From Corynebacterium glutamicum ATCC 13032 (lineage in GTDB: Bacteria; Actinomycetota; Actinomycetes; Mycobacteriales; Mycobacteriaceae): a stretch of 32,000 nt of DNA. Positions 1-8,922 of this stretch are shown piece after piece (position 1 is the stretch's first letter; the number at the start of each line of letters is the position of its first letter). The stretch is taken from the NCBI RefSeq assembly GCF_000011325.1, contig NC_003450.3, positions 690,001 through 722,000 on the forward strand, in the 5' to 3' direction. The notes under the pieces are model-generated. The model had not been told where the DNA came from, did not search any database, and worked only from the letters and a program-made list of their open reading frames with translations. A program made the position numbers and the translations under genes.

Positions 1-696
1 CAGTGTGGCAGGTTCGAGCACCTCGCGGATGTCACCTTGGGAGACAACTTCGCCGTCGGCCATCAACACTGCATGGTCGCACCAACGGGCAACGTGGTTG
101 AGATCGTGAAGGACGACGATCACGGTGGTGCCGGAATTAGCTCGGGCGCGCAGGAGTTGAAGGACTTCAACTTGGTGCCGTAGATCAAGGGCGGAGACGG
201 GCTCGTCGAGAAGCACGACGGCGGTGTCTTGGGCGAGCGCTCGGCCGATGTGGATGAGCTGCTGCTGGCCGCCCGATAATTCGTTGACGGGCTGCTCGGC
301 GATGTCGAGCGCGTTGATGGCGCGCAGGGCGTCATCGGTGGCGCGTCGATCTGCGTCGGTCTCCACGGCGAAGCGGCCACGATGCGGGTAGCGGCCCATC
401 GCGACAACGTCGCGTGCACTAAAACCAATGCGCAACTCGGTGTTTTGCGGCACGAGTGAGAGCAGGCGGGCTCGGGCTTTAGCGCTTTTCGACGCAACCC
501 CACTCCCACCAACCATTACCTCGCCGGTGGATTCAACCAATCCTGCAATCGCCGAAAGGGCAGTACTTTTACCAGCACCATTTGGGCCAATCAGTGCGGT
601 GACTTTTCCAGCAGGTGCAGAAAAAGACACGTTTTTCACTGCATGGCGAGAGGGGAATTCAACGTTGAGATCACGAATTTCAACTAATTGAGGCAT
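1..696 (-). CDS. ABC transporter ATP-binding subunit (Fe3+-siderophore/cobalamin FepC/FecE type); 3' end runs off the window
   Basis: Own translation of the minus strand from ATG 696-694: MPQLVEIRDLNVEFPSRHAVKNVSFSAPAGKVTALIGPNGAGKST (Walker A). It also has LSGGQQQ (ABC signature), VVLLDEP (Walker B) and VLHDL (H-loop). The frame stays open to base 1, so there is no stop in the window and it is absent from the ORF track. The start lies 7 nt after the permease stop, consistent with an operon. Confidence 0.9.
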   Translation of the reverse strand, partial: MPQLVEIRDLNVEFPSRHAVKNVSFSAPAGKVTALIGPNGAGKSTALSAIAGLVESTGEVMVGGSGVASKSAKARARLLSLVPQNTELRIGFSARDVVAMGRYPHRGRFAVETDADRRATDDALRAINALDIAEQPVNELSGGQQQLIHIGRALAQDTAVVLLDEPVSALDLRHQVEVLQLLRARANSGTTVIVVLHDLNHVARWCDHAVLMADGEVVSQGDIREVLEPATL

Positions 697-702
697 GAGT
701 TT

Positions 703-1722
703 TTACAGCCCCAATCCGCGTCGCTTGCGCATGCTGAGCAGTAAATAAAGGAAAATTGGTGAGCCAATGAACGCCACCACCACGCCTGTTTGCAAGACGA
801 TGGGGGAGAAGATCATGCGGGCAACAGTGTCGGAAACGATAACAAACGTGGCGCCCAAAATCGCGGCGGCCGGGAGTAACGCTCGGTGATCGGCACCTAA
901 AACAATGCGCACCAGGTGGGGTACTACCAATCCAACAAACGTAATGGTGCCGGAGACCGCAACAGCTGTGGCGGTGAGCAGTGCCGCAAGTGCTAGCAAA
1001 ATGATGCGTGCGCGGTTGACGTTGAGTCCAGATGTTTGCGCTGTGGAATCACCCAGCAGCAACAAGTTCAGATCGCGGGAACCGCCGATAGCTAGAATCA
1101 ACCCAACGATAATGGGGATTATTGCAACGCCCACATGTTCCCACGTCCGAGATACCAGATCGCCGTTGAGCCAAAACGTCACGGATCGAAGCTCAGAATC
1201 TTGTGGTGCGTTCGCAGTGGCGCTGGAAATAACAGCACCCAAAAAGGCAGTGATAGCCATGCCGACCAGTACCAACGTGGCCGGATCTGCGCCACGGCCA
1301 TCCATCGCGCGGGAACTAGCGATCAAATATACCACAGCCACCGTGACCAATGCGCCCACGAAGGCCGCAAAAGGAACGGTCCATTGGCCAAAGAAACTCG
1401 CACCGGTGACAATCGCCAAGACAGCTGCAACAGCTGCACCGGAGGACACACCCACAATGCCGGGATCCGCCAACGGGTTGTGAAACACCGTCTGCATGAT
1501 CGCACCGGAGACAGCCAGCGCCGCACCCACCAATGCTGCGATGATAATGCGTGGTGCACGGATATCGGTGACAACGGGGTTGGTTGCAAGCTCATTCAAT
1601 GGAACCGTCACGGGACCCAGCATGAGGGAAGCGGTGAAGGCGATGATCAACAAGACGAGGGTGCCGATGATGACAACAGGAGCGGTGAGCTTTGGTTTTT
1701 TCGAAACACCTGTGCGCGACAA
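703..1722 (-). CDS. FecCD-family ABC permease (iron-siderophore/cobalamin type)
   Basis: 339-aa polytopic hydrophobic ORF with a FecCD-like C-terminus (VVAFIGSPIFLYLLL). It uses a TTG start at 1722 preceded by AAGGG (1732-1728) at 5-nt spacing. An in-frame stop at 1746-1744 rules out a longer ORF. Confidence 0.88.
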   Translation of the reverse strand: MSRTGVSKKPKLTAPVVIIGTLVLLIIAFTASLMLGPVTVPLNELATNPVVTDIRAPRIIIAALVGAALAVSGAIMQTVFHNPLADPGIVGVSSGAAVAAVLAIVTGASFFGQWTVPFAAFVGALVTVAVVYLIASSRAMDGRGADPATLVLVGMAITAFLGAVISSATANAPQDSELRSVTFWLNGDLVSRTWEHVGVAIIPIIVGLILAIGGSRDLNLLLLGDSTAQTSGLNVNRARIILLALAALLTATAVAVSGTITFVGLVVPHLVRIVLGADHRALLPAAAILGATFVIVSDTVARMIFSPIVLQTGVVVAFIGSPIFLYLLLSMRKRRGLGL

Positions 1723-1731
1723 AACGACCCT

Positions 1732-1752
1732 TAATGAAAATTGTTATGACTT
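1732..1752. promoter_or_regulatory. Fur-family (Zur-type) operator-like box abutting the RBS of the ABC permease operon
   Basis: TAATGAAAATTGTTATGACTT. The core TGAAAAT-T-GTTATGA matches 11/14 positions of TGAAAAT-N-ATTTTCA, with a perfect left half. It is 16/20 identical to the box at 21663-21682. It overlaps the AAGGG Shine-Dalgarno by 1 nt (base 1732). Confidence 0.45.
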
Positions 1753-1875
1753 GTTTACCCAAGCAATACTAACCAACAGATTGAACAAAACCCTAAACTT
1801 TCGGCCGATAGCAACCCCGCTCGACTGGTAAATGTTGCCTCACCGGAAAAGGTCTGTCCAAGGTGACTACACTGA

Positions 1876-2919
<1,044 letters not shown>

Positions 2920-2941
2920 CAACTAGACCCTCGATTATTAC

Positions 2942-2979
2942 AATCCGGCTACTTCGGAAGCGTTTGTGGCCGGATTTTT
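2942..2979 (+). terminator. Rho-independent terminator candidate after trpS
   Basis: AATCCGGC (2942-2949) pairs perfectly with GCCGGATT (2969-2976) and runs into TTTTT. The loop is rather long at 19 nt. Confidence 0.55.
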
Positions 2980-3027
2980 CTATCCTGGAAGGTATTAATA
3001 CTTCTTTAAGGGTCGGAGGATTTTCGT

Positions 3028-4113
3028 ATGTCTACTAGAACAACGCCACAAGACCGTTATACCGACGAATACGGCATCGAACGCGTCAACAAGGATGAAC
3101 CCGGCCTGGTGGACAAACTCCGGGACAAGCACGACTGGTTTGATCATCTCATGCGCATGAATGAACGTTTCGGCGCAAAAGGTGGCAACCAATTGTCGGC
3201 GGGTATTACGTATTTCTCCGTGCTGTCGATCTTCCCGATTGCCATGCTTGTCTTCGGTATTGCAGGTGTCATCCTTGCCGGAAACCCTGAAGTTCTCACA
3301 GATATTCAAAATCGAATCAACGATGCTTTAGAAGGCGAGATCGGTAACACCGTCAACGGCATCATTGATTCCGCGATTGCGCAGCGTGGTGCTGTGTTGG
3401 GCATTGGTGGTGTAACTGCCCTGTGGTCTGGACTGGGGTGGATGGCGAACCTGCGCTTTGGAGTTTCCCGCATGTGGGCCATTGACCCAACTGAAGGCAA
3501 CTTCATTCAAAAGAAGCTCACCGACTTGGTCGCGCTGATCGTCTTGCTGCTGGCCATGGGCGTAGCCTTCGGTATCACGGCGCTCGGTGCTTCCGGACTA
3601 ACCAAAAACCTGCTGGACTTTGTGGGCCTGGGGGAGATTCCGGGCATTAGCTACATCACCTGGGTGGTCGCAGCACTTGTTGGTGTCTTGGCTAACTTCC
3701 TGGTGTTCATGTGGCTGATTTTCTCCCTGCCACGTACCAAAGTTCCCATGAAACCGGGTCTTCAGGCAGCACTGCTTGGCGCAATCGGTTTTGAGGTGGT
3801 CAAGCAGGTTGGATCGCTGTTGGCTTCAAATGCATTGAGTAACCCCGCGGGTGCAGCATTCGGTCCGATCATCGGCATCATGGTTGTGCTGTATTTGATC
3901 TGGCGCATCCTCATGTATTGCTCTGCGTGGGCTGCCACCAGTGAAGAAGCGTTGCGTCTTGCGACTGTTCCAGCACCAGAGCCTGCGATCATTCGGGTTC
4001 GCCATGAAATTGATCCAGGTGAAGAAGTCTCCCAATCTGCTCGAAAAGTGGGCATTGGAGTGGCCGTGGGTGCCGCGACTGCGGGTGCTTTTGCGCTGTT
4101 GCGTAAAAAATAG
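3028..4113 (+). CDS. YihY/BrkB (ribonuclease BN-like) family integral membrane protein
   Basis: 361 aa with a GGAGG Shine-Dalgarno upstream. It has a family-typical N-terminal segment (GNQLSAGITYFSVLSIFPIAMLVFG) and multiple TM helices. Confidence 0.85.
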   Translation: MSTRTTPQDRYTDEYGIERVNKDEPGLVDKLRDKHDWFDHLMRMNERFGAKGGNQLSAGITYFSVLSIFPIAMLVFGIAGVILAGNPEVLTDIQNRINDALEGEIGNTVNGIIDSAIAQRGAVLGIGGVTALWSGLGWMANLRFGVSRMWAIDPTEGNFIQKKLTDLVALIVLLLAMGVAFGITALGASGLTKNLLDFVGLGEIPGISYITWVVAALVGVLANFLVFMWLIFSLPRTKVPMKPGLQAALLGAIGFEVVKQVGSLLASNALSNPAGAAFGPIIGIMVVLYLIWRILMYCSAWAATSEEALRLATVPAPEPAIIRVRHEIDPGEEVSQSARKVGIGVAVGAATAGAFALLRKK

Positions 4114-4171
4114 TTTTTATTAAGGGCATTCCCTGATTCCCAGGTGGTGCCACATTGTTTATGGTGGAGAT

Positions 4172-5077
4172 ATGAACACGAACTTGCCGAACCTATACAC
4201 CGCATTTGACCTTGATCGAAGTGAATCCTCCGAAGCTTTAGGTGTTTCCCTTTCTGCCCGCGATCTTCGCTTAGAACAAATGGGAATTGCCCAGGACGAT
4301 CCTCGACGTGCCCAAACCGTCCAAGCTTTCGCAGTGCTTGCAGACCCAGCAAAACGCGCCACCTACGATGCTCAATTAGAAGCTGGAGTTCCACTCACCT
4401 GGGCGCAGATTCAGCATTTAGGAAACTTCGGCACCTTGCCTTCCACCCCTACTGCGCAGCCGTTTGCGGCACCTCAGCCGGAGCCGTCGCCGGAACCGCA
4501 ACAGCAGTGGAATAGCGGACAAAACTATGCGTATGGCAATCCGACCATGGATTACCAAACTCAGCAGAGCTACAACCCGATGCAGGACCAAACCCAAGCG
4601 TCGATGTATGCGCAACCTTTCGCGAACACCCCTGCACCGATGTACAACAGCAATCAGGTTTTTAACAGGCCTACTGCGGGTACGCGTTTGTGGATGGCGA
4701 TCCTCGACAGTATTTTTGCCGGCATCGCTGGTGGAATTGTCTCCGGTATTTTCGGCTTTGGATCTGAATTCCTCACCAGTGTCATCATGATTTTGGTGCT
4801 GATCGTCTATATCGTGGGTAGTGAATCCTTCCTGGGATCCACCCCTGCGAAGAAGATAATGGGCTACGAGACCCGTGATGTGGACACTCACTCCAAGCTT
4901 TCCGCTGGTGCCGCAGCAAAGCGCAACTGGTGGAAACTGATCAGCTTCACCGGTATCGGTTCTGTGGTGTCGTTTGTGATGGCCATCGTTTATGGCTCTT
5001 CCATTAATGAAAGCAATCAGATGCGCGGTATGCACGACCGCTTGGCCAACGCAGAGGTCGTGAAGAAGAACACCTAG
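4172..5077 (+). CDS. Membrane protein with a degenerate J-like N-terminal domain, a P/Q-rich linker and a C-terminal RDD-family domain
   Basis: 301 aa with a GGTGGAG Shine-Dalgarno. The N-terminus resembles a DnaJ J-domain (LYTAFDL...AFAVLADPAKRATYD) but has no HPD. The middle is a QPEPSPEPQQQ/Q,N,Y-rich linker. The C-terminus has RLWMAILDSIFAGIAGGIV plus two further TM segments. Confidence 0.8.
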   Translation: MNTNLPNLYTAFDLDRSESSEALGVSLSARDLRLEQMGIAQDDPRRAQTVQAFAVLADPAKRATYDAQLEAGVPLTWAQIQHLGNFGTLPSTPTAQPFAAPQPEPSPEPQQQWNSGQNYAYGNPTMDYQTQQSYNPMQDQTQASMYAQPFANTPAPMYNSNQVFNRPTAGTRLWMAILDSIFAGIAGGIVSGIFGFGSEFLTSVIMILVLIVYIVGSESFLGSTPAKKIMGYETRDVDTHSKLSAGAAAKRNWWKLISFTGIGSVVSFVMAIVYGSSINESNQMRGMHDRLANAEVVKKNT

Positions 5078-6384
5078 TTCTTTTTCTTGGGAGATCTGAA
5101 TGTCCACGCTAGTGCGGCGATTAGCAACAGCACGATGATTCCGATGGGCACCACGAGCTTAAGCAGCGTGTTCTGCGACCCACCCTCACCTGAAGTCAGG
5201 TTGTCGGTGGGTTCTGGTAATTCTGGGGTCGCCGGTGCCACATCGTTCGCGCTGCCGGAGCCCAGCTGGCCCACGCCGGACCCCGGCGTGATGGGGAGGG
5301 AGGCGTCGATAAGCAATCGTGCTTGTTCCCACGGACGAATGTCGCTGACGGTGGAATCCAAGAGTACGGCGGCGAGGCGGCGACCACCCCGATCGAGACC
5401 GCCGACAAAGGTGTGGTTCGCGTCGTCGGTGTAGCCGGTCTTGCCGCCGATGCCATCAGGATCGTTCATGAACAAGGCGTTATCGTTCCAGACTTGGAAA
5501 CCCTCATTGTCGCCCCAACCAGGGAAATCAATGTGATCGGTGGAGATAATCGACTCGAAAACCGGGTTCTGCCACGCATGCTGATAAATCAATGACATGT
5601 CGTATGCGGAGGTCGACATTCCCGGCGCATCCAAACCGGAATAAGTGGCAACGAAGGTGTCTTGAGTGCCCAACTCCTTGGCCAGCGCGTTTACTTTCTC
5701 CAGGGTTGCTTGATCCCCACCAAGTTCCTGAGCCAACAGATACGCCGCATCGTTACCGCTGGCTAAAAGAAGACCGTGCAGCAGCTGATCAACGGTATAC
5801 TGGCCGCCCTCGCCGACACCCACGCGGGAGCCCTCGATGTTGGCGGCTTCCATCGTGCCCGTGACCACGGTGGTGGGGTTCAGCTCATCGATGGCAACCA
5901 AGCTGAGTAACACCTTGATGATCGATGCGGGGCGATACCTTCCGTGGGGATCCTTTGCTGCGATGATCTCACCGGAATCAATATCAAACACCATCCACGC
6001 CGACGCAGTGATAGTTTCATCAGAATCTTCAGGAAGCTCAAAGCCATTGGGAGTGATCACACCGCATGTCGCCAATTTCTCACCACCTGCGGGAACAGAT
6101 GGAACCGGAACCAGCGCGGGCGTTTGTGCACCCGGCGCGACTACCTCTGATGTGCTGCGCGCCGGGGAAGGAGATTCCTTGTAGGGGCACAGATCAGTGT
6201 TGGGAGCTTCCAACCGGGTGGTGGGGGTAAGCGCGTCGTCGATGATGTCTTCGAGAGTTTCTGCGTTGTCGGCTGTCACTTCGGGGACGTTGTCGATCGG
6301 TTCCTGTGCTACCGCAACAGTGGGTAAAAGTAGCGCCCACGTTGTCAGAAGTGCTGTGAATCCGTGTCGAAGTGATCTCCTCAT
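5074..6384 (-). CDS. dac: D-alanyl-D-alanine carboxypeptidase (low-MW PBP, S11 family) with signal peptide and C-terminal membrane anchor
   Basis: 436 aa with SxxK (ASIIK), SxN (SGND) and KTG (KTGYT) motifs. It has an N-terminal signal peptide (LLLPTVAVAQEP) and a C-terminal TM helix followed by KKKN. Confidence 0.9.
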   Translation of the reverse strand: MRRSLRHGFTALLTTWALLLPTVAVAQEPIDNVPEVTADNAETLEDIIDDALTPTTRLEAPNTDLCPYKESPSPARSTSEVVAPGAQTPALVPVPSVPAGGEKLATCGVITPNGFELPEDSDETITASAWMVFDIDSGEIIAAKDPHGRYRPASIIKVLLSLVAIDELNPTTVVTGTMEAANIEGSRVGVGEGGQYTVDQLLHGLLLASGNDAAYLLAQELGGDQATLEKVNALAKELGTQDTFVATYSGLDAPGMSTSAYDMSLIYQHAWQNPVFESIISTDHIDFPGWGDNEGFQVWNDNALFMNDPDGIGGKTGYTDDANHTFVGGLDRGGRRLAAVLLDSTVSDIRPWEQARLLIDASLPITPGSGVGQLGSGSANDVAPATPELPEPTDNLTSGEGGSQNTLLKLVVPIGIIVLLLIAALAWTFRSPKKKN

Positions 6385-6606
6385 GGGTTGGACATATTAC
6401 CTTTTCTTGCGTGCTCGACGAGGGACCGGTGGTGTTTAGGCGTGTCTGTGTGCCTGTGATGTCGTGGCCGGCTGGGCGGCTATTTAAGAGGTCGAGATTC
6501 CTAGATGAATGCTTGTGTGGTTTAGTGCGTTAAAAGGCCTTAGAGACGAATCTGGAGCCTCTGTTTTTGGGCGATGCTGGACAGAAAAAGGATGGTTTCC
6601 AGTGCG

Positions 6607-6736
6607 ACCAAACAAGAGTGCCCACGAGAGCCTCGAAACCAAACTTTGGGCATCTGTGACCGGTATTGAGGCCGCAAAACCACACAGGTGTGCCCACGGA
6701 CCGGGAAAAGCTGATCCGTGGGCACTCCTGTTTGGT
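6607..6736. repeat. Three copies of a 22-nt motif ACCA(A/C)ACA(A/G)G(A/T)GTGCCCACG(AG/GA); copies B and C form a long hairpin (likely terminator of the upstream minus-strand gene)
   Basis: Copy A is 6607-6628 (+), ACCAAACAAGAGTGCCCACGAG. Copy B is 6679-6700 (+), ACCACACAGGTGTGCCCACGGA. Copy C is 6715-6736 (inverted), reading ACCAAACAGGAGTGCCCACGGA on the minus strand. B and C form a 22-bp stem with 2 mismatches and a 14-nt loop, 30 nt downstream of the stop at 6766. On the minus strand it is followed by TTTG. Confidence 0.7.
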
Positions 6737-6765
6737 GCGGTGGGGACGAACCCCAAATAGGCGAC

Positions 6766-7995
6766 CTAGAACTTGCTGAATCGCTTGATCAGCATCTCCT
6801 CCAGCTCGCGCCAGCTCTCAGAGTGGTCGTTGAATGGTGCGTGAGGGACATATCCGGAGGTGTCGCTGCCGCCGAGCATGTAGGAGATGTAGTCCTGCAT
6901 GCGTGGGTTGGCCAGGAAGTAGGAATTCATGGAGTCGTCGTCGGCCCAGTCGGCGGTGTCTGCCATGAGTTCGTAGGCGCGGGCCATTTGTTGGGTGTCT
7001 ACGGCGTCGACGGAGGTGTTGATGTCTTTGACCAGGCCGTTGAAGGAGTAGACGTTGTCGCTGTGGACGAGGAGTTCGGTTTCACCGGCGTTGATGCCGA
7101 GCATGAGGTCGCTCCAGGTGGAGGCGCGGGCGAGGTCGTGGTCATCGTGTTCGACGAGCCAGCGCAGGAGGGATTTTTGGCTGTTGAAGGTGAAGATTTC
7201 GCCGAATTTTCCGAGGAATACTGGCTGTCCGCCGAGGTAGGTGCGCAGGGTGTAGATGGTGCGTCCGTCGATGGAGACCTTGATGGGGTCGATGCCTGCT
7301 GCAGCCCATGGGGAGTTGTCGTAAGGGTCGACCTTTTCGGCTTCTTCCTTGGCGATTTGCTCTTCAGCCTCGCGAGCTGCCTGAACAGCTGCTTGTGCTT
7401 CTTGAATGCGGGTTGCGGCGTCTTCGGTAAAGAGGCTGTTTACTTCCTTGACGGTGATGGCTTCGTCGAGGGCGTCGACAACGCCGTTCCAGTTGGTGGC
7501 TACTGCGCGACCAACGGAGGTCCATTCGCCCAGGCCGTTGGGTCCGGAGTAGTGCTCGGATCCGCGGTCAACGTTGCTGAGCACGGAGTGGGAGGAGAAG
7601 AACACGGTGACTGGGGAGGCAGCGGTGACGTGGCCGAGGCTGCGCATGACAGCGAAGATGCGGGAGAGGGTTTTGACGTTTGCGTAGGAGGGGCGATCGG
7701 CAAGAAGTGCTGGTGCGCCGATGATGTCGAGCTCTGCGTTGGCGTCTGGGACAACGCGGGCTGCGTCGCCGGAGTTGAATTTCTTCCACTCTGGGTGGGA
7801 GGTCAGATCATGCTTGTCGTCGGATTCTAAGAAGACGAGGAGCTCTTCCGGGGAGTTGAATACATAAAGGTCATCGTTCGCACCGAGAAACGCTTGCCAT
7901 TCATTGCCGCCTTCGCGCCAGTTTGGTGCCCACAGGGTATAGAAGTCACCTTCTGTGAGGGAGAGTTTAACGGGAACGATTCCTTTTTCAGCCAT
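6766..7995 (-). CDS. Conserved actinobacterial protein of unknown function with an internal domain duplication
   Basis: 409 aa with coding-like composition. Residues about 10-75 (DFYTLWAPNW...LYVFNSPEELLVFLESDDKHDL) repeat at about 240-300 (TIYTLRTYLG...IFTFNSQKSLLRWLVEHDDHDL). The synteny with upp, pmmB and lpdA recalls a mycobacterial conserved protein, from memory and unverified. Confidence 0.8.
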   Translation of the reverse strand: MAEKGIVPVKLSLTEGDFYTLWAPNWREGGNEWQAFLGANDDLYVFNSPEELLVFLESDDKHDLTSHPEWKKFNSGDAARVVPDANAELDIIGAPALLADRPSYANVKTLSRIFAVMRSLGHVTAASPVTVFFSSHSVLSNVDRGSEHYSGPNGLGEWTSVGRAVATNWNGVVDALDEAITVKEVNSLFTEDAATRIQEAQAAVQAAREAEEQIAKEEAEKVDPYDNSPWAAAGIDPIKVSIDGRTIYTLRTYLGGQPVFLGKFGEIFTFNSQKSLLRWLVEHDDHDLARASTWSDLMLGINAGETELLVHSDNVYSFNGLVKDINTSVDAVDTQQMARAYELMADTADWADDDSMNSYFLANPRMQDYISYMLGGSDTSGYVPHAPFNDHSESWRELEEMLIKRFSKF

Positions 7996-8061
7996 GCTGA
8001 TAAATCCTAGCCGGTAGTGGTTTTCTTCGTCACGTATGAGGTAGGGCCTTTAAGGATTTTC

Positions 8062-8922
8062 TTAGCCTGTGGGTCGGAAGTAGCCGTGAAAAGCCATCCC
8101 GATGTTGGAGGTTCGGATGGGATTGAGCTGCACGGGGTCGCCGGCTTCGATGATTTGCCCACCGCCGGCGTACATGGCTACGTGGCCGTCCCAAATCAGT
8201 AGATCGCCTTCTTGAAGTTCGTCGTAGGTGACTTGCCGGCCGACTGCTTGCTGGTCCGCGATGCGCGGAATTTCCACCCCGGCGCGACGCCAAGCCCACT
8301 GTGTTAAACCGCTGCAGTCGAAGCCGGAAGTGCTGGTCCCGCCCCATAAATAGGGTGTGCCGAGGGCTTCTTTCGCCGCGGCTACTGCTTGTTTGCCCAC
8401 CTCGTTGTCATTGCTTGGCGCCTGCGCCGCCATATAGACCGGCGCAGTTTCCGCGACGGGTTCGGCGGTGGGCTCAGGTGTGAGGTCCTGAATCTGCACT
8501 AGCTTTTCGACGATTGGTTGCACCTGTCGGGACATCTCTTCTAGCCGTTGACTGGCTTCGGCAATCATCAGTCCAGGAAGTGAAATTAATTCGGTGCGCG
8601 CTGCGAAAGATTCCGCCGGATTCATGGAGAAACTGCGCATGACTAATCCCGCTGCCTGGTTGAGGTAGTGCTGCGCGGTGGTGGCGATGTCGTGGCGGGC
8701 TGCGTCAATGAGGGGAGCGGCCTGGATGAGGGAGGTGACAAGGAGGTGGTGTTGTTGTGACGTGGCGTCGAAAAGCGATAAAAGGGTGGTGGGGTTGGCG
8801 CTGAGCTCGCGCCCGAGCGCGATGGCGGCTGAAATGTCAGGCGCCTGCGGGATGGCCAGTTGCGGAAGTTGTGCTGGTTCGTGTGTGGCTAGGCGGCTAA
8901 GGGCGCTGATCAGACCGATCAT
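8062..8922 (-). CDS. NlpC/P60-family peptidoglycan endopeptidase with a helical N-terminal domain and no obvious signal peptide
   Basis: 286 aa. The C-terminal domain reads GTPYLWGGTSTSGFDCSGLTQWAW...GDLLIWDGHVAMYAG, giving the catalytic Cys and His. Its ATG overlaps the upstream gene's stop (ATGA at 8922-8919). Confidence 0.88.
   Translation of the reverse strand: MIGLISALSRLATHEPAQLPQLAIPQAPDISAAIALGRELSANPTTLLSLFDATSQQHHLLVTSLIQAAPLIDAARHDIATTAQHYLNQAAGLVMRSFSMNPAESFAARTELISLPGLMIAEASQRLEEMSRQVQPIVEKLVQIQDLTPEPTAEPVAETAPVYMAAQAPSNDNEVGKQAVAAAKEALGTPYLWGGTSTSGFDCSGLTQWAWRRAGVEIPRIADQQAVGRQVTYDELQEGDLLIWDGHVAMYAGGGQIIEAGDPVQLNPIRTSNIGMAFHGYFRPTG

Noticed and set aside
1745-1775. DtxR/IdeR iron box expected for a siderophore-type ABC operon.
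   Set aside because: The best windows I could align to TTAGGTTAGGCTAACCTAA matched only 7-8 of 19 positions, which does not support a call. A PWM scan would be needed to exclude a degenerate site.
6484-6760. Two overlapping ORFs (90 aa minus, 83 aa plus) filling the gap upstream of the carboxypeptidase gene.
   Set aside because: They are mirror images of each other across the repeat/hairpin region and have no Shine-Dalgarno. The peptides are dominated by translation of the repeated GTGCCCACG motif. The region is better explained as structured non-coding DNA.
6718-7830. Long antisense ORFs opposite real genes: 6718-7830 (+), 10672-11835 (+), 17296-18765 (-), 28658-30019 (+), 2281-2922 (-), 905-1734 (+), 3762-4394 (-), 4418-5107 (-), 13717-14292 (-) and many shorter ones.
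   Set aside because: Each lies fully inside a gene with strong family motifs on the other strand. Their translations are low-complexity (G/V/A/R/H-rich) with no recognisable motifs. They are typical shadow ORFs of GC-biased coding DNA.
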